Source: Planctomycetota bacterium | GTDB taxonomy: Bacteria; Planctomycetota; GCA-002687715; DRQF01 | Length of the DNA stretch: 19,654 nucleotides | Assembly (NCBI GenBank): GCA_036479435.1 | Contig: JAZGFI010000056.1 | Location: 1 to 19,654, forward strand | Direction of reading: 5' to 3' | Shown: piece by piece, positions 16,880 to 19,654 of the stretch | Numbering within the stretch: position 1 is the first letter of the stretch | Layout of the letters: each line of letters begins with the position of its first letter | The notes under the pieces: model-generated | Seen by the model: the letters and a program-made list of their open reading frames with translations, nothing else | Databases searched by the model: none | Told to the model about the DNA's origin: nothing | Position numbers and translations under genes: made by a program

Positions 16880-16907
16880 TAAAGATATGAATCATTCAAT
16901 ACGATAA
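16880..16907 (+). promoter_or_regulatory. Candidate sigma-28-like promoter in an AT-rich patch
   Basis: TAAAG-N15-TACGATAA, with the same spacing as the site at 13740; the spacer holds the palindrome TGAAT-C-ATTCA (16888-16898). Confidence 0.45.
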
Positions 16908-16992
16908 ATAAGGTGTTAGAGGATTTTCGCACCGCGACCGTCGGAGACGAGACGACGAATCGAGGCGCGATCGAACGGCAGGAGAGTGTGCC

Positions 16993-17202
16993 ATGCCGGG
17001 AGAATGCCCCCGCCCAGTCTTGGTCCAAAAGACTGAGCCATCGCGACGAAAATCACAATTCAGCACAGCGGTCGACGGAGACCAGCTCGAGTTCATTCAG
17101 GCCATCGAGGCCTTCAAGAAGGAACACAAACGAGCTTTTCCGAGTTGGAGCGAGGTGCTGCAGGTGCTGAAAGGCCTCGGCTACGCAAAGCCCGAGTCCT
17201 AA
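16993..17202 (+). CDS. Small conserved hypothetical protein (planctomycete-type EF..A...K....FP.WSEVL.VL..LGY.K family)
   Basis: 69-aa ORF with AGGAG RBS about 8 nt upstream and a terminator downstream. The C-terminal motif matches a small family recalled from Planctomycetota genomes. Confidence 0.75.
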   Translation: MPGECPRPVLVQKTEPSRRKSQFSTAVDGDQLEFIQAIEAFKKEHKRAFPSWSEVLQVLKGLGYAKPES

Positions 17203-17237
17203 TCAGCGCAAGGTGCTGCCGTTAAAGATGAGTGCTC

Positions 17238-17276
17238 GATGCCGCCAGCTCCCTCGCTGGCGGCATCTCTTTTTCC
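17238..17276 (+). terminator. Intrinsic terminator between convergent genes
   Basis: GATGCCGCCAGC-TCCCTC-GCTGGCGGCATC (12-bp perfect stem) followed by TCTTTTT. Confidence 0.85.
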
Positions 17277-17314
17277 GCGCCTGCCCCGAAGCTGGCGGCA
17301 TCCCTTTTCCGCGC
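17256..17314 (+). repeat. Imperfect 24-25 bp direct repeat, two copies
   Basis: GCTGGCGGCATCTCTTTTTCCGCGC (17256-17280) and GCTGGCGGCATCCCTTTTCCGCGC (17291-17314), separated by 10 nt. Confidence 0.85.
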
Positions 17315-17328
17315 TGGTTCAACCTGAA

Positions 17329-18192
17329 TCAAAGCAGCCCATCAACCACCATCGCCACCATGAGCAACGAGATATGAAGAACTGAGCCCTTCAGCATCCA
17401 GCGCGCACTGCGGTCATCCCGGCGGGCGGCGAACACCACGCTCAAACCCATCAGCAGAACGCAGAGCACCGTCGCACCGAAGGCAAAGGCGATACTCGTG
17501 AATCCAAAGTAAGTCGGCAGCAGGCACAGCGGCCACAACAACGCCGTGTTCATCACCATTTGGCGGCCCGTGATCATGCCGCTAGGGTCAAATCGCGGCA
17601 GCATGCTGTAACCCGCTCGCTCGTAGTCCTCGCGGTGAAGCCACGCGATGGCCAGAAAATGCGGGAACTGCCACACAAAAAGAATCGCGAACAACAGCCC
17701 CGCCTCGAGGTCGAGCGTGGCATGCTCTGCCGACCAGCCCATCATCGGCGGGATCGCGCCGGGCACTGCCCCCACTGCGGTGTTGAGGGTCGTGACCCGC
17801 TTGAGCGGCGTATAAAGCAAAACGTAGGTGACGATCGAAAGCCCGCTCAAGATCGCGGTGATGGCATTCACAAAAACGGCGAGCCACAATATACCCAAAA
17901 GCGACAGGGCAATACCGAAGGCCAGAGCGCGAATCGGCTCAACTTTCCCCGCTGGTAGCGGCCGGTTCTTGGTGCGGTCCATGCGCTCGTCGTAGCGCCG
18001 TTCCAGTACCTGGTTGAGGACGATCGAACCGCCACCAGACGTCAACACGCCGATGGCCAAATGCAAAAACAAGGCCCAATCCATCGGCTGTCCCGACCGC
18101 GCGACGAATAGACCGGCTGCCGCCGTTACCCAGACGATGATCATCGCCCGCGGCTTGGTCATTTCGAGGTAGGCGCTCAGCCGAGCGAGCAT
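17329..18192 (-). CDS. ctaB: Protoheme IX farnesyltransferase (heme O synthase, CtaB/CyoE)
   Basis: MTKPR, DERMDRTKNRPLPAG, YTPLKR, GAVPGAIPPMMGW, WQFPHFLAI, DYERAGYSMLP; multiple TM helices. Confidence 0.95.
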   Translation of the reverse strand: MLARLSAYLEMTKPRAMIIVWVTAAAGLFVARSGQPMDWALFLHLAIGVLTSGGGSIVLNQVLERRYDERMDRTKNRPLPAGKVEPIRALAFGIALSLLGILWLAVFVNAITAILSGLSIVTYVLLYTPLKRVTTLNTAVGAVPGAIPPMMGWSAEHATLDLEAGLLFAILFVWQFPHFLAIAWLHREDYERAGYSMLPRFDPSGMITGRQMVMNTALLWPLCLLPTYFGFTSIAFAFGATVLCVLLMGLSVVFAARRDDRSARWMLKGSVLHISLLMVAMVVDGLL

Positions 18193-18403
18193 AAAGGGGA
18201 GCCTCCGTTGGGGTCCTACAGTCTATTCAGAGTGCTGCGCAAACCGAAGGTGATCGCCCGCTGCCAACAGACGCGCTACCTCGCCCAGATTGGCCCAGAC
18301 GCCTCCCCGCGGGCAGCTTTGTACCGGCTTTGGAATTGCCGCCGGAACACACACTATGGAGCCAACAGTCGCCAACGCTCACGAGGTAGGTTTCCACCTT
18401 TCG

Positions 18404-19063
18404 ATGACCGACAAAACCAATCACCTAATTCCCGTGCTGATTTTCGCCGGTATCACCCTCACCGTCGGCTTGATCGGCATCTTGTACTTGCTCATGGAGG
18501 ATAAAGCCTCCAAGAGTGAGATTCGGGCGGAGTCCCACGCGCCGCGCCGTATCGACGTTCCCCCGCTGCATGCCGTCCCAGATTTCAGGTTCGCAAAGTC
18601 TCGGGGCGGAGAGATCAGCAAAGAAAGCCTGAGGGGCAAGATCTGGGTCGTCGATTTCATGTTCACGACCTGCCCGACGATTTGTCCGACCATGACCAAA
18701 TCACTCGCGGAAGTCGTGCGCGACACTCAAGACCTTCCCGAAGTCCGCTTCGTCAGCATCACCGTCGATCCCGAGACAGACACCCTGGCGGTCCTCAATG
18801 CCTACGCCGAGAAATTCGCCCACGATCCCGCGCGTTGGTTTTTCGTGCGCGCCGAGGCGGACCTGGTGCATGACTTTAGTTACCGCGGTTTGGGGATCGG
18901 TGACCCCGACAATCCCATCGTTGGTCATTCCGCCCGCTTCGCTCTGATTGACGCCGATGGCCGTGTTCGCGGTTTCTACCACGGCATCAAACGCGACAAG
19001 ATCCCCGACGTCGACGAACTCAAAGAAGACCTTCGCGAACTCAGCGCCCGCGGCGGGCGCTAG
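18404..19063 (+). CDS. sco: SCO1/SenC family copper chaperone (start ATG 18404 or 18356)
   Basis: N-terminal TM anchor, FMFTTCPTICP (CxxxC), SITVDPETDT and GHSARFALIDADGRVRGFY with the conserved His. Confidence 0.92.
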   Translation: MTDKTNHLIPVLIFAGITLTVGLIGILYLLMEDKASKSEIRAESHAPRRIDVPPLHAVPDFRFAKSRGGEISKESLRGKIWVVDFMFTTCPTICPTMTKSLAEVVRDTQDLPEVRFVSITVDPETDTLAVLNAYAEKFAHDPARWFFVRAEADLVHDFSYRGLGIGDPDNPIVGHSARFALIDADGRVRGFYHGIKRDKIPDVDELKEDLRELSARGGR

Positions 19064-19101
19064 ATCCAAGTTCTTCATCATCCTCGAAAGAGTCCAAACT
19101 C

Positions 19102-19524
19102 GTGGAACATCTCCCCGCCATCAACGCGAGCCTCAATGCCCTCTCCTTCGTGCTACTGCTTTTGGGTTGGCGCTTCATCCGGCGAAAAAACATCGCCGCG
19201 CACAAGCGCTGCATGTTTTCCGCCCTGGCGTCTTCAGCCCTGTTCTTGACTTGCTATCTGACTTACCACTACAGCCACGGCCAAACCGAGTTCACGCACG
19301 AAGGTCTGCCACGGACGATCTACTTCATCATCCTCATCACGCACGTGCCGCTCGCGACCCTCATGGTGCCGCCGATCATCTTTTTGTTGATCCGCGCTCT
19401 TCGCGGCGAGATCGACAAGCACAAACGCCTCGCCCGCATCGTCTTGCCCGTCTGGCTCTACGTCTCCGTCACCGGCGTCGCCATCTACTTCATGCTCTAC
19501 CAGCTCTACCCCCCGACCCGCTAA
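19102..19524 (+). CDS. DUF420-family membrane protein (CtaM/YozB-like, oxidase assembly)
   Basis: LPAINASLN, HKRCM, FLTCYLTYH, YFIILITHV, HKRLAR, WLYVSVTGV; four TM helices; follows sco. Confidence 0.9.
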   Translation: MEHLPAINASLNALSFVLLLLGWRFIRRKNIAAHKRCMFSALASSALFLTCYLTYHYSHGQTEFTHEGLPRTIYFIILITHVPLATLMVPPIIFLLIRALRGEIDKHKRLARIVLPVWLYVSVTGVAIYFMLYQLYPPTR

Positions 19525-19654
19525 GCCAAACCGGCTATACGGCGTCAGTGCGCTGGGAAAGCTCAGTCAAGGAGTACGAAATGACTTAGTCAGATCTGAA
19601 ACTTTGTTCGAAACCCTATGGGTACCCAATCCCATCCGGCCAAGGTCGACCACC

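Noticed and set aside
17256..17314. Possible mini CRISPR array
   Set aside because: Only two imperfect copies with a 10-nt spacer, part of a terminator, and no cas genes.
18948..19589. 213-aa alternative-frame ORF over sco and DUF420
   Set aside because: Overlaps two well-supported genes on the same strand; Arg/His-rich off-frame composition.

Overview
GC-rich bacterial chromosomal window, probably Planctomycetota. This is inferred from a small protein at 16993-17202, a thioredoxin-like/PDZ protein and the style of the secreted proteins, all recalled as planctomycete-type and not confirmed by a search. Most of the window is housekeeping or envelope genes: a minus-strand run (TPR/HEAT exported protein, galE, dacB, rarA, suhB-like IMPase, arsC-like, TonB-dependent receptor) converging on a TonB gene; then a PilZ protein, purC-purE-mtnA, and a cytochrome oxidase assembly group (ctaB, sco, DUF420). 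The left 3.4 kb is accessory. The strongest unexpected signal is at the left edge: the 112-1164 ORF (thioredoxin-like fold, CxxCH, two PDZ) has an in-frame TGA at 88-90 followed by a SECIS-shaped hairpin, so it is probably a truncated call of a selenoprotein. Other leads are two identically spaced sigma-28-like promoters, three structured intergenic regions, an ArsC lacking its resolving Cys, and an unknown protein built from a tandem domain duplication. No rRNA, tRNA, CRISPR array or mobile element was seen.
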